64,000 bases of DNA from positions 22,454-86,453 of IMG/VR virus record IMGVR_UViG_3300048922_000467; one strand, given 5' to 3'. Position 1 is the first letter of the stretch. Every line of letters starts with the position of its first letter. Source of the stretch: a virus. Below are positions 45,501 through 55,831 of this stretch, one piece after another. The notes under the pieces are model-generated. The model had not been told where the DNA came from. It ran no database searches and saw nothing but the letters and a program-made list of their open reading frames with translations. Made by a program: the position numbers and the translations under genes.

Positions 45501-46983
45501 CGGTTTGGTTCTTCCCGTAGATTTGGTGGTAGTAGTCCGAACTCAGGACCAGCTCGGCCGCGCGGTTGGCGGCAATCTCCGCGATCCGCGAGGCCTTGAG
45601 TTCGGACGGGTTGCGCTGCCGGGACCGGGCCACCTCGGCCTCGTCGGCAAAGCCTGCCTTGACCAGGATTTCCCAGGCGGTTGCCTCATGCACAGGGTTG
45701 ATCCAGGGCATGACCGGGCCTTGGTAGAAGGCGCCGTAGAGGGTCCGCTGATCAACGTCAGGTGGCACCCGCAGCTGTCCGCTCATGACCGCCATGCGCA
45801 GCCAGGCCCGGTACACCGGCCGGCACCAGTAGTCGATGAACTCGTGCTGCAGCAGGTCATAGCCCAGCTGGCCCTCGACCAGCTCCTGCCGCTGCGCCGA
45901 GTAGGTGCCGTCGTAGCTGCGGGCCACGCTCGAGTAAGTGCTACGCGCGCCGGCGGCCACCGCCTTGAGCTGACCGTTGCGGAAGCCTTCAAGGAAGGGA
46001 TTCGGGCGGTTGCTCTCGATCATCCCGACTTCCTCACCGGGCAGCAGGTTGTCCATCACCGTACCTGGGGCAAACGGGAAGGTTCGCTGCTGCTGTGTCT
46101 GTCCCTGGGCGGGTGGCACATAGTCGTCAGGCGTGCCCTTCTTGATGTACATGGCCAGCGCGGCGCTGATCCGCGCGGCCACACGCTCGCTCTGCTCGTA
46201 GTCCTTGATGTCCGCCAGGCGGATTACCACCGAGTGCAGGAGCGGCTGGCCTCGGTTCTGACCAATGCGCTTGCGGTTGGCGATGTGAATCACCTGATCG
46301 GCCGGCACGCGCTTGGTGTTGCTCGCCCACTTCTGGCCAACCATGGCCCCTGGATGGCCATCAAGCAGGTGATAAGCCTTCACCCGCCGCCAGTTGTCGC
46401 GCTCGACGCCCTGGACGATGCCAGCGCAGTAGTCGACGTATTCAACCGGCAGGTAATCAGGCTCGAGCAGCTCGATGGCAAAGGGCACACCGTGCAGGTG
46501 CGTATAGCCTGGCACCTTGCCCATGAGCATTTGCCCCAGGGCCTCCCCGTCGCGTAACCAGGTGCGGCACACCAACCGCTCCATCTGCGGCCGGGTCAGC
46601 TCGCCGGAGGTCTCAGGGCGCAGCGACCATTCGGCCCACAGCGACTTGATGGCCGCTGCAAACGCTGTATGCACCGTGCCGTCATAACGCAGGGGAATCG
46701 GCTCGACAGCGATGCCAGGCCCGCCCACTACACGCTCCTCGAGCCGATCGAACAGACCTGTGACCAGGTCGTGATCCTCGTCCAACTTGCGGCACTGCTC
46801 ACGCAGGGATTTCAGCGAGGCGTGCAGCGAGCTGTCGGCGTCTTTTGCCTGTTTCTTGGGCTTGTGCGTGCGTGAGGGCTTGGCGGCCTCGAAGGCCAGA
46901 ATCACGCTGCGGGCACGCATGCGATCGGCAACCACGCGCGGGAAGAACGGCGCCAAGGCGCGGTCGACCAGGTCACCGATCAT
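45427..46983 (-). CDS. Lambda-family portal protein
   Basis: DGEAL, GQNRG, YSAQR, PWINP. Confidence 0.92.
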   Translation of the reverse strand: MIGDLVDRALAPFFPRVVADRMRARSVILAFEAAKPSRTHKPKKQAKDADSSLHASLKSLREQCRKLDEDHDLVTGLFDRLEERVVGGPGIAVEPIPLRYDGTVHTAFAAAIKSLWAEWSLRPETSGELTRPQMERLVCRTWLRDGEALGQMLMGKVPGYTHLHGVPFAIELLEPDYLPVEYVDYCAGIVQGVERDNWRRVKAYHLLDGHPGAMVGQKWASNTKRVPADQVIHIANRKRIGQNRGQPLLHSVVIRLADIKDYEQSERVAARISAALAMYIKKGTPDDYVPPAQGQTQQQRTFPFAPGTVMDNLLPGEEVGMIESNRPNPFLEGFRNGQLKAVAAGARSTYSSVARSYDGTYSAQRQELVEGQLGYDLLQHEFIDYWCRPVYRAWLRMAVMSGQLRVPPDVDQRTLYGAFYQGPVMPWINPVHEATAWEILVKAGFADEAEVARSRQRNPSELKASRIAEIAANRAAELVLSSDYYHQIYGKNQTDADANKEPAPAADGPAGVGRDDDG

Positions 46984-47189
46984 TCGAACGTCGCCAGGGA
47001 GTGCCCTGGACGCCCTCCGCGTGCTGCAGCAGCGGCGCGGCGCTCCCATTCCAAGCGACCGGCGCGGATCTGCGGCAGCTCGGCCATCGTCACGCGGCGG
47101 CCGCCAAACTGCACGTCCTTGCCGCCCTCGAGCAGGTCAATTTCGGCCTGCATGTAGCGGTCCACCATTTCCTGTGCGGTTACAGCCAT
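46980..47189 (-). CDS. gpW-like head completion protein
   Basis: YMQAE...GGRRVTMAEL; between TerL and portal. Confidence 0.85.
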   Translation of the reverse strand: MAVTAQEMVDRYMQAEIDLLEGGKDVQFGGRRVTMAELPQIRAGRLEWERRAAAAARGGRPGHSLATFE

Positions 47190-49264
47190 CCGCTGTCTCC
47201 TGTATCGATCCAATCGCCAGAAACTGACGGTGGGTCTGGTTGGGGGGATGCCGGGGGATCTGCTACTGGGGCAGGCTCCGGCTCGCTTTCGGGTTCGCTT
47301 GGCTGCTCAGCGGCTGTTTCGTCGGCCTCCTCGTCAGCCTCGGGGGAGAGTTGCAGCGGCTGCGCTTGAATCTTGTAGGCCTGCACTGCTGGGTTCTGCA
47401 GGGCCAGCACCTCAAGGTCCAAGCCGAACTTCTGCTGACTGATCCGCAGGGCGGCAAGCGCGTACACAAAGCAGTCGAGTGCTTCGTTGCGTCGCTTCTT
47501 GGCGTCCCAGCGCAGCACGCGACGCCCGCGCACGATGACCCACACCTTGCTCTCGCTGGTCAGCTGCTTGAGTTCGTCGTCGTCGCAGATCAAGTCGTCT
47601 GCAGGGAAGTGAACAAGCCCAGGTACTGGGCGATCGCCATCAGGCTGCAGCTTGAGGCGGTTGTAGATAACCTCTTTGGCGTTGTCGGTACCGACCTCGG
47701 TTAGGTAGGTCTTGGACTTCTTGTCTTTTTTCTTCGGGAACGAGGCGATGGCCTTGCCGTAGGTACTGGCCCCGAATATCGGGATGACCCAGTGCAGACC
47801 GTGCTTGCGGCTCTGCTCCTTGACGGTGTCGGAGTGGTGACCACCGGAGTCCCAGCACCACCGCATCACGCCCATGACCGTGCCATCGGCGCGGGTGAAC
47901 TGCCGGTGCAGCTCCAGCCCCACCTGCCGCAGCAGCTCGATACTGGACGGGTCGCCCGTAAGCACACGCCGATAGATCAGCCATGACTCTTCGCCAGAGC
48001 CAAACGCCCATACTCGCAGCTCGTAGCGATCGTCCTGGGTATCGATCGATCCCATGAGTACCAGGGCGCGCGCCGGCACCTGCGCTGGGTAGACCTCGCG
48101 CCGCTCGCGCAGCTGCTCCCAGCTGACCTTTTCCGTTTCGTCCTCTTCCCACACCTCACCCAGGGTGGTGTTGACGAAGGTTTTCAGCTTGCCGCGGTCT
48201 TTGCCGACCTCGACGCGCTCGGCGGCGATCTCCACCCAGGTGGTGAAGGTCGAATAGATGGTCCAGATGTGAAACGTGACCGAGCGCGGCGGCGCGATCG
48301 GCTTATCGTCAGCGCGAAACCACGACATGCTGTCACGCGTCCACACGCCGGTGCGATCGCAGATATAGCGTCCGGTCTTGGCGGCCGCTTCGACCATTTC
48401 GTGGTACTCGAACGTACCGCCCTGGCAGTGCTCACACAGGTACCAGGCCGCTACCACCTCGCCGTCCTCGCCCTTGCGCCACTTCAAGCCATACGGCTCA
48501 TCAGGCCCGCCCCATTTCAGGGTCTGCTCGGCGCCGCAGCATGGGGCCTTGATGTGGAAGCGCATGTACCGCGAAGACTTCTCGGCGGCTCGGCTGACCT
48601 GACAGGCACCGGCAATACCAGGGGTCGATCCCCTGATCGACTTCTTGTAGGTCGAACCCTCCAGGCGCTTGTCGCCCAGCATCGTCGGCGCGCCTTCACC
48701 CTCGATGTCAGGGTCAAACTTCGACAGCTCGTCGTAGACCACCTCATCGGGGCTTTTCTCGCGGTAGTTGCGGGCCGCTTTGCCCCCCAGGCACCACAGC
48801 ATCTTGCGGTTCTCGAAGCACTTCGAGTCGATGGTGTTATCGCCGTGCTTCTTGCCGTGCCACGGGGCCAGGGCCAGCAGCACCGGCACGTCACGAATCA
48901 TCGTATCGACGTGCCGCTTCATCATGCCTTCCGCGTCCGGGTCGGTCGGGCAGTACATGAGCAGATTGCGTTTCTTGTGCTGAACCTTGTAGCCGTGGTT
49001 CGCCATCAGCATCTTGGTGTAGCCGATCCGCGCAGACTTGATCAGGTTGACGATGCGGATCAGGTCATTGCCCATCGCGTTGAGCAGCGCGACCTGGAAG
49101 GGCGCAGTGGTCCACCGGCCTTCCTGATAGGACGACTCGGACGACAGGTAAAAATGCTTGTCGGCCCACTCAACGGCCGACAGGGGAGGTTCTTTGTAGA
49201 GCGCGGCCAAGCCACGCCTGACCGCTTCACCCAGACTCTTTGTCCAGGGCGGCGACGTACTCAT
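47180..49264 (-). CDS. Terminase large subunit (lambda GpA family)
   Basis: KSARIGYT, YDEL, GSTP, WDSGG, RNEALDC. Confidence 0.95.
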   Translation of the reverse strand: MSTSPPWTKSLGEAVRRGLAALYKEPPLSAVEWADKHFYLSSESSYQEGRWTTAPFQVALLNAMGNDLIRIVNLIKSARIGYTKMLMANHGYKVQHKKRNLLMYCPTDPDAEGMMKRHVDTMIRDVPVLLALAPWHGKKHGDNTIDSKCFENRKMLWCLGGKAARNYREKSPDEVVYDELSKFDPDIEGEGAPTMLGDKRLEGSTYKKSIRGSTPGIAGACQVSRAAEKSSRYMRFHIKAPCCGAEQTLKWGGPDEPYGLKWRKGEDGEVVAAWYLCEHCQGGTFEYHEMVEAAAKTGRYICDRTGVWTRDSMSWFRADDKPIAPPRSVTFHIWTIYSTFTTWVEIAAERVEVGKDRGKLKTFVNTTLGEVWEEDETEKVSWEQLRERREVYPAQVPARALVLMGSIDTQDDRYELRVWAFGSGEESWLIYRRVLTGDPSSIELLRQVGLELHRQFTRADGTVMGVMRWCWDSGGHHSDTVKEQSRKHGLHWVIPIFGASTYGKAIASFPKKKDKKSKTYLTEVGTDNAKEVIYNRLKLQPDGDRPVPGLVHFPADDLICDDDELKQLTSESKVWVIVRGRRVLRWDAKKRRNEALDCFVYALAALRISQQKFGLDLEVLALQNPAVQAYKIQAQPLQLSPEADEEADETAAEQPSEPESEPEPAPVADPPASPQPDPPSVSGDWIDTGDSGWL

Positions 49265-49772
49265 CTAGCAGCTCCGGTATGGTTTCGGCCAGACCGGCCG
49301 CTTCGTTACGCGTAACAGCAATTTCCCGCTCGAAGCTCTCCATGAAACGGATCTCGAGGTCAGGGTGTTTGAGCTTCACTTTCTTGGGGATCGTGTCCAG
49401 GTAGGAGGCCAGCAGAGCGCACAGCCTGGCCAACATGAACGTGGCGAAAGCGACGGGGACCAGCTCCTTCTCCCCTACCCGGTTTTTCCGGGCCTGGGCG
49501 TCGGCCTGCTCCTTGGTGAGCCGCCATCGCTCGAAGTCGATCTTGTGTCCGATCAGCGGATCGATGTCGGCAGCACCAGGTTGTTGTTTCCCCGTCTGGT
49601 GCTGCAGGCGGTTGTCGAGCACCGACCGGGTGTCGTAGAAGGATTCGCGGCCGATCTTCGCGACCGGCTCAACCTTCCATTTATCAAAGGCTTGGACGGT
49701 GATCCCGAGGCTTTCGGCCATGCTTTTTTTGTTCAGCCAATACGGCTTGCGTGCGATCGTTGAAATGGCCAT
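49227..49772 (-). CDS. Terminase small subunit (Nu1-like)
   Basis: LNKKSMAESLGITVQAFDKW winged-HTH; RLTKEQAD. Confidence 0.88.
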   Translation of the reverse strand: MAISTIARKPYWLNKKSMAESLGITVQAFDKWKVEPVAKIGRESFYDTRSVLDNRLQHQTGKQQPGAADIDPLIGHKIDFERWRLTKEQADAQARKNRVGEKELVPVAFATFMLARLCALLASYLDTIPKKVKLKHPDLEIRFMESFEREIAVTRNEAAGLAETIPELLDEYVAALDKESG

Positions 49773-49819
49773 AGACGAAACAACAACCAACCTCTGAAAT
49801 TGGGTCGTACATAGCGAAG

Positions 49820-49867
49820 AAGCGGGGCCCGAATTACCCCCTACCCCCGGTACCCTCGGGAGGACCC
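49820..49867 (-). other. Putative cos site
   Basis: GGGTCCT (identical to lambda cosQ) at 49867-49861, followed by a GC-rich segment just upstream of terS. Confidence 0.55.
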
Positions 49868-49980
49868 GCCGAAAATGGTCAAAAATCGACCAAAACCGAC
49901 AGAATCGACCCGCTCGCCCTACCCCCTCACCCCTGCAAGCCACGGAATACGTGGCCTCCAGCGTATCGGCCTGGAAACGG

Positions 49981-50721
49981 TCAGGTTCGAGCGGTCAGGA
50001 TGGCATCGCGCAGGGCGCGGTCGAGCACAGTAGGGCCGTGGGCCTTGGCGATGCTCGAGGCGATCTTGAAGAACGGGAAGATCACGCGGTAGGACGGCGC
50101 GCTGTCGGTGAACAGGAAGACAGGCTTGGCCGCTTCACCGAAAGCGGTGTCCTTGCGCTCCCATATGCCCTGCTCATCGTTGACCGTGCCGGTGAAGTAG
50201 CGCCTGGCATTGCCCTTACGCTGGCTGCGCTTGCTGCCAGTGGCATTGGCCTGGAAGCCACTTGCCGACTCAGCCGCACCCAGACCCGACAGGATGCGAG
50301 TCATGGTGCCGCGCGAAACGTTGCCGTACTGGTTGAGCAGGTCGTTGACCGGTACCGCGTACTGCCCGGACTTCATCAGCCCCTTGGCGATCAGCGACTT
50401 CTCAAACCGCTTGTGGGGCCGCTGTCCGCCCTGGACAGCCTGCTGCAGGTAGGTATCAGCAGGAATACCCGAGGTCCAAGCGTCCTTGAAATAGACCCTG
50501 GCCGGGCGGCTCTTGGTGGCCGCCTGAACGAACAAACTGCGCATCGTGGTCGGCGTGGGCCGGTCGATGCGCTGTTTCATCACTTCCAGCATGCCCGCCT
50601 TGATCTGCTGGGCCAGCCGGGTCTGGGCAAGGATCTGTGCGAACGGGATCTGCCGCTTCTGGATGTCTGAGATTTCGCGGGCCAGCGGGACGCGGTCGAT
50701 GTCCAGTTTGAAGTCGATCAT
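49981..50721 (-). CDS. Phage morphogenesis-associated hypothetical protein
   Basis: QIPFA...IDRPTP motif; late operon upstream of terS. Confidence 0.75.
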   Translation of the reverse strand: MIDFKLDIDRVPLAREISDIQKRQIPFAQILAQTRLAQQIKAGMLEVMKQRIDRPTPTTMRSLFVQAATKSRPARVYFKDAWTSGIPADTYLQQAVQGGQRPHKRFEKSLIAKGLMKSGQYAVPVNDLLNQYGNVSRGTMTRILSGLGAAESASGFQANATGSKRSQRKGNARRYFTGTVNDEQGIWERKDTAFGEAAKPVFLFTDSAPSYRVIFPFFKIASSIAKAHGPTVLDRALRDAILTART

Positions 50722-50739
50722 GGCTGGCCCCTCGATACG

Positions 50740-51177
50740 CTAGACAACGCCGATCTGGTCGCGTACCGGCGATGGCGACGTGAAAAGCTGACTGCGCTGC
50801 TCAGCCAGCAGGCCATTCAGCTGCACGAACAGTACTTCTCGGACTTCGCCTTTGACGACTTCGAGAGTTCGAGCAGTGGACTCGATCGCTTCGGACAGTG
50901 GGTTACTGACCAGCAACGCCTCCCCCGAGACCAGTTCAACGCATGCTGAATGACTCGAGGCTTCCAGGGCTGCATCGTGCTGCGACTTGCCCATGATGAC
51001 GCCTTCGAGCTGACCCACTGCCCGCTGAAAGGCGATCATTGCGCGCTCGAGTGCATGTTCATCCACTTTTTTAGACCCGTGAAGATCGACTGCCAACCGC
51101 TGCCCTTGGATCCTTAGCGTGCTTAGGTCTTCCAGGCGGAGCACCAGGTACGAATTAAGAATGACGGAATTGCTCAT
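50740..51177 (-). CDS. Hypothetical protein
   Basis: 145-aa co-directional ORF with GAGG RBS. Confidence 0.6.
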   Translation of the reverse strand: MSNSVILNSYLVLRLEDLSTLRIQGQRLAVDLHGSKKVDEHALERAMIAFQRAVGQLEGVIMGKSQHDAALEASSHSACVELVSGEALLVSNPLSEAIESTARTLEVVKGEVREVLFVQLNGLLAEQRSQLFTSPSPVRDQIGVV

Positions 51178-51294
51178 TGCAGGCCTCGCTATAGGGAGTG
51201 GCGGCCAGGGAAGCGGCCGATTCGTAGGAACTCATATGCCCCTGCAGCGCAAACGCGACAAAGGCGACGACAACAGCCAGAAGCGGCCGGGCGA

Positions 51295-51621
51295 TCATTG
51301 CGAATCAACCTTGCGGCTGGCCCATTGGCGACCCAACTGGCGGACCTGCTCAACGCCGAGCACACCAACAAAGCCAGCGACTGCATAGGCGTAGCCGCCG
51401 GTCATACCGAACTTTTCCGCGCCGATGCCGACCATGAAGACCAGCACACCACCGAGTGCAGCCTCGAGCAGGCGGCGATCCCAGCGTGGTTCCTTGTCGT
51501 CCCAGAGGATTCGTAGGTAACTGAGGATGGTGGCCAAAGCGGCGGGCATGCCGTGGTCACGCACGGCGGCCGCAAGCATGACCCAGAAGGTCGGATCCTT
51601 TTCGGGGGGCATGGTCTGCAT
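51295..51621 (-). CDS. Lambda-type holin, possible dual start (Met1/Met4)
   Basis: MQTMPPEKDP, three hydrophobic segments, GVLGVEQVR. Confidence 0.85.
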   Translation of the reverse strand: MQTMPPEKDPTFWVMLAAAVRDHGMPAALATILSYLRILWDDKEPRWDRRLLEAALGGVLVFMVGIGAEKFGMTGGYAYAVAGFVGVLGVEQVRQLGRQWASRKVDSQ

Positions 51622-51788
51622 CTCGATTCCTCCCGAATCGGGAGTGCAAAGTAAAACGCCCCGGCAAGTGCCGAGGCGCAGAAACGAAAAACCCCGACTC
51701 ATTGGCCGGGGTTCGTCAGTGTCACATTGCGTTGCAAGCTGGACACGCTGCTATAGAAACAGGTCTTTATCCGCGCGGAAAGAACTTT

Positions 51789-52178
51789 TTAAGCTGCTTC
51801 TCTCACCTGCTCCAGTGCGCAGTCAATCCAAGCAACTCCGGCCTTGATCAGCTCGCGTGCTTTGGCTTCGCTTATCTTGCTTTCTCGGGCCACACGGAGG
51901 GCAGGCCATTTGGCTCCGAAATACAGCCAAAGAAAGTCGCCCATCTGCTGATCACGCTTTGTCAGACGAGCCAAGGCACCATCCACCGCGAGGGCCAGTT
52001 CATCGGTAATGACGTACTGCTTCACGCCTCCTTCCGAAGGTACGTGATCACGCATGAGCGCAAACAGAGGCGAGACGTAACGCGGTATCCCCATCCCATC
52101 CATACGCCACCACCCCCATTGCTCAAGCATATACTCGGTGTCACCCAGGGGCTTGTCCGTGTAGGTTCGTTTTTTCAT
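51789..52178 (-). CDS. Late antiterminator Q
   Basis: LEQWGWW, ITDELALAVD, AGVAWID; upstream of holin. Confidence 0.85.
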   Translation of the reverse strand: MKKRTYTDKPLGDTEYMLEQWGWWRMDGMGIPRYVSPLFALMRDHVPSEGGVKQYVITDELALAVDGALARLTKRDQQMGDFLWLYFGAKWPALRVARESKISEAKARELIKAGVAWIDCALEQVREAA

Positions 52179-52185
52179 GTGCCGC

Positions 52186-52515
52186 TCAATCCCCAGTGAA
52201 GTTGGATCCGCCCGCGCCGCGCCGGTTGGAACCTTGGTAATGCTGCTCCGGCCCTTGCATCACGCTAGGCCTTTTCATCTGTTTTATTTCTTGCTCTGCC
52301 GCTTGCAGTTTGAAGCTGAGCTGGGTCACCAGGTGTTCCAGTGAAAGCACCAACCTGGAACCTTCAACAACCCAACCTGACCCGTTGCAATCCGTGCATG
52401 CCAACTCAAAAAACACGCCTTCTACCACTGCCCTGCCCTTGCATGTCGGGCACTTGATCAGGTCCAAGCGGGGCTGCTCAAAGCCACGGTTGGTGCTCTT
52501 TTTCACGTTGTGCAT
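52186..52515 (-). CDS. Zinc-ribbon phage protein
   Basis: CPTCKG...CTDCNGSG. Confidence 0.75.
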   Translation of the reverse strand: MHNVKKSTNRGFEQPRLDLIKCPTCKGRAVVEGVFFELACTDCNGSGWVVEGSRLVLSLEHLVTQLSFKLQAAEQEIKQMKRPSVMQGPEQHYQGSNRRGAGGSNFTGD

Positions 52516-53803
52516 TCTCCTCTGTAATAAATTCGTCGATGGGGCTGCGCGCCTTGCGTGGCTTGGCTTGCGGCCCGTTGTGAGAAATTGCGGATTGCAC
52601 GTCTGTCAACTTGTGAATGGCTGCGAAGCCGATCCCGTCAAGCCATTCGTGCCACTGCTCCAATGCGTCTCGACGCAGACCATTTGCCATGGTCTTGATA
52701 TAGGTGTCAGCAACCTTCCCCAGCGAGTGATTCAGCAGCATTTCGCCAATGAAACCGTCGACGCCCATGTCAAACCATGCCGTGCGGGCGACCTTGCGCA
52801 AGTCGTGACTCGACCAGGCCCGGCAGGCCAGACGGCGGAAAATGGCCGAGGCCTGGCTTTCACTCAGCGGCTGCCCTTTACGACCAGGGAACAGGTACTG
52901 CCCGCTATACCCGGCTGTGATTTGCGCGGCCCGGTACCGCCGTAGAAGCGCAGACACGCGGGAGGTCAGCGGCAGGCGGTGTTCAGATCGAGTTTTGGTG
53001 CGCACTGCGGGAATGACCCACTCCGCATGGCTCAGCGAGAAGTCTGCCCATTGCGCCTGGCGAGACTCGCCCAGACGAGTACCGTGGCAGATCATCAACA
53101 GCACCAACATGGCCTCGGCAGGCTTCTGCTCGAATAGCGCAGCCAACGCGGGTACTACCTCATGCAGGTGGTCTGCGCGCAGCCGGCCATCCTTCGGCAA
53201 GATCTTGGTCTTGATGAAGTGGGTGAACCTCATCTCAGCCATTGGGTTCGCGGCAATCAGCCCCAGCTCACGCGCTTTACCGACAGCTAGACTCAGCACG
53301 CGAAACATCTGCCGAACGTAGGCCGTCGAGAACCTTGCTTGGGCTGGCCACATCAGCAGTTTGTCGAGCGTAGCCGCAGTTAGAGCAGTGATCGGCAGTT
53401 CATCCAAGCGTGGCAATAGCTGCTTGCTGATCACGGTTCTGACCGTGTTCTTCCAAGAGTCGGATAGCGAAGCGTCATTGCCTACTCGATCACTGAACCA
53501 TCGCAGCAGATCGCCTACGGTCACCAGGCCTTCCAGAGCCACCGCATCGTCAGGCCGACCCAGCAAACGCTGTCGCAAGGCTGGAAGCTCTGCAAAGATC
53601 GCCGCTGCGCCGTATTCGGGAAAGCGGGCAAGCCGGTTCCACTTGCCGCGCACGACGAGAAACCAGGTGCCGGCCTTCCGGCTTTGGTCAAAGCGGAACC
53701 GCAAACCAAGGTGGCGTGGGTCGCGGAGATCTCGCACGCCATCCACCATGGCCTGCCGTCGAATCTCAGCGTCGGATACTCTCACTACTGCGGTAGCGCT
53801 CAC
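52478..53803 (-). CDS. Second tyrosine recombinase in the delayed-early operon
   Basis: GTRLGE, HDLRK, LNH...TY; GTG start overlapping the upstream stop. Confidence 0.88.
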   Translation of the reverse strand: MSATAVVRVSDAEIRRQAMVDGVRDLRDPRHLGLRFRFDQSRKAGTWFLVVRGKWNRLARFPEYGAAAIFAELPALRQRLLGRPDDAVALEGLVTVGDLLRWFSDRVGNDASLSDSWKNTVRTVISKQLLPRLDELPITALTAATLDKLLMWPAQARFSTAYVRQMFRVLSLAVGKARELGLIAANPMAEMRFTHFIKTKILPKDGRLRADHLHEVVPALAALFEQKPAEAMLVLLMICHGTRLGESRQAQWADFSLSHAEWVIPAVRTKTRSEHRLPLTSRVSALLRRYRAAQITAGYSGQYLFPGRKGQPLSESQASAIFRRLACRAWSSHDLRKVARTAWFDMGVDGFIGEMLLNHSLGKVADTYIKTMANGLRRDALEQWHEWLDGIGFAAIHKLTDVQSAISHNGPQAKPRKARSPIDEFITEENAQREKEHQPWL

Positions 53804-54096
53804 GCGGCCACCACGCCTTCGCTGATCAGGATAGCTTGGGTGCGCATGACGCCCTCGGCGTGGTACTGGCGTGCGGTGGCCCGGTCGATCGCTCGACTGC
53901 GGCCGTCGCACGCATCATGGCAGGCGCTGCACGCCCAGGCACCCTGCAGGTCGTTCGGCTTGCTGCCCACGCCACAGGTTCCGGCCATACGGTAATGCGC
54001 CAGCACGGTCGTCTCGGGGTTGCCATTGCACACGTCTGGTACACGCACCTGGCACTCTCGACCGCGCGCGGCCTTGGTCAGCTTGCTCTGCTTCAC
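53800..54096 (-). CDS. DUF1364-like protein
   Basis: ARGRECQVR...CNGNPETTVLAH...ACSACHD. Confidence 0.88.
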   Translation of the reverse strand: MKQSKLTKAARGRECQVRVPDVCNGNPETTVLAHYRMAGTCGVGSKPNDLQGAWACSACHDACDGRSRAIDRATARQYHAEGVMRTQAILISEGVVAA

Positions 54097-54872
54097 GACT
54101 TCACCTTCAGTTGGGCAACAGCAACGCGCGCCTGGCGTTTGCGCAGGTAGGTATCGACACGCTTGCGCTGCAGGTCCTTCTTGCGCTGGCGCTCTTTGCT
54201 GATCTTCGAAGCGGCCAGGATCGAGCGGACCTCACCCAGCTTCTCGCGGACATGGGCGCTGACGTGGGTTCGCTTTTCACCGGTAAGCAGCCCGGCGATC
54301 GCCTGGCCATCTTCGGTGATGGGAGCGATACGCAGGTCGGCCACGTACTTGGCGCCACGGTCATGGCTGATCAGCTGTGCACGGACAGCCGACTCGATTG
54401 CGGTAACGCGGCGCCCGGCGTCGAAGCCTAGGGACACCTCCCACACAGCCGGGCGATCCTCGGCGCGCGCGAAGCTCACCAGCCGCTCGTAGGCGCTCAT
54501 GAACGCCATCCGCGCCCCGACTTTGTCGTTCGCCTCGAGGATCGGGGTGGACGCGATCATGGCCTGGCGGATCTCGGCGGTCAGCACCACGGTCTCGTAC
54601 TCGTCGCTGGCAGCGAGCGCGATAGACCAGGCTTCGTCCTTGCCTGGCCGTCCATCTGCAGCGTGGATGTGCTTCAGGACCATGCCCAGCGACAGGCGCC
54701 CGGCTGGCTCGCGACGGCATGCGCGCAGTGCGGCGACGATCACCTCGGGTTCGTGCGCTGACAGGTCTTCGGCGATCAGCTTGGCGCCAGCAGCACTGAT
54801 GGTCTGGCCCATGGCTTCGGCGGTGGCGCAGATGGCCATGGCCAGCTCGGCGATATCGTCACAGGAAAGCAT
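54093..54872 (-). CDS. Replication-associated protein downstream of initiator
   Basis: DGRPGKDEAW, ARMAF...YERL, VSLG. Confidence 0.75.
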   Translation of the reverse strand: MLSCDDIAELAMAICATAEAMGQTISAAGAKLIAEDLSAHEPEVIVAALRACRREPAGRLSLGMVLKHIHAADGRPGKDEAWSIALAASDEYETVVLTAEIRQAMIASTPILEANDKVGARMAFMSAYERLVSFARAEDRPAVWEVSLGFDAGRRVTAIESAVRAQLISHDRGAKYVADLRIAPITEDGQAIAGLLTGEKRTHVSAHVREKLGEVRSILAASKISKERQRKKDLQRKRVDTYLRKRQARVAVAQLKVKS

Positions 54873-55830
54873 TGCGTTTGCTCCCTTGGCTGTTGCGAAT
54901 GGCATCGGCGGCGTCTTGGGCGGCGTTCATGTTCGCCTGGGTTTGTTCCTGCTGGCGCGCCGTAGTGGCGTTCATCTGGCGGTTGGTCACCCACTGGGTG
55001 TGGTAGGCCTCGCACTTGATCAGCAGGTCACCAAGGTTGTGGCAGCCGTTGATCAACCTCGAATCGTTGATCGACACGAAGTACGCGGCGACCTGGTGGG
55101 CGACGTCGATGCCCAGGCGGTCGATCAGCTGGCCCAGTTGGCCACCGACCTTGGCGTTCCACACCGGCCAGGCGCTGTAGCGCTTGCGGTAGGCCATCGC
55201 GTAGTTGGCCCAGGCCTTGAAGGTCTTGCAGGACTGGTCTTTCGGCCCTGGCATGTCCTCGGGGATTTCACACCGTGGTGCCCCCGCCTGAACCAGGGTC
55301 AGCCCCGTGGGTTGCGACGGCGTAGCCGGGGCGTCCTGCAAGGTGTGACTGGTATCCTGATTGGTATCTTGATTACTGGTATCTTGATTTGTCGGAGATT
55401 TTTCCGACCCTGGCTCGGATTTTTCTCCGACCTTGCTCGGATTTTTTTCCGAGGTAGGTCGGATTTTTTTCCGACCCCCTGCCCCGGCCTGTTGGGTCGG
55501 ATATTTTTCCGACCCATCCTCTTTCTTGTTCCACGCTGCAGCCTTCTCGGTGAGGCGGAACAGGGTTACGTTCGACGTGCTGGACAGCTCGATTAGACCC
55601 ACGTCCTGCAGGGCCTTCAGCATGCGATAGGCCGTGTCCGGCTTGTCGGTCAGCAGCGGCAGCTCTTCGATGATCTTGGCCTTGCTCAGCACGAAGAAGA
55701 CGCCATTCTCCGTGGTGATAGGCTTCGCCCAGCTCGGACAGCCGTACACAAAAGCGAACAGCAGCGCCTGCTGGGAGTTCAGACCCCACTCCAAGGCTTT
55801 GACCTGGTTGATGGTCAGCGTGAATTGCAT
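54859..55830 (-). CDS. Phage replication initiator
   Basis: N-terminal winged-HTH, internal iteron array. Confidence 0.82.
   Translation of the reverse strand: MQFTLTINQVKALEWGLNSQQALLFAFVYGCPSWAKPITTENGVFFVLSKAKIIEELPLLTDKPDTAYRMLKALQDVGLIELSSTSNVTLFRLTEKAAAWNKKEDGSEKYPTQQAGAGGRKKIRPTSEKNPSKVGEKSEPGSEKSPTNQDTSNQDTNQDTSHTLQDAPATPSQPTGLTLVQAGAPRCEIPEDMPGPKDQSCKTFKAWANYAMAYRKRYSAWPVWNAKVGGQLGQLIDRLGIDVAHQVAAYFVSINDSRLINGCHNLGDLLIKCEAYHTQWVTNRQMNATTARQQEQTQANMNAAQDAADAIRNSQGSKRNAFL
55392..55512. repeat. Five 16-bp iterons (prophage origin)
   Basis: TCGGA-N6-TCCGA at 55392, 55415, 55437, 55459, 55497. Confidence 0.85.
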
Positions 55831-55831
55831 G

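Noticed and set aside
29182-49315. Long plus-strand ORFs (29182, 35062, 43428, 45112, 48269)
   Set aside because: Antisense shadows of high-GC structural genes
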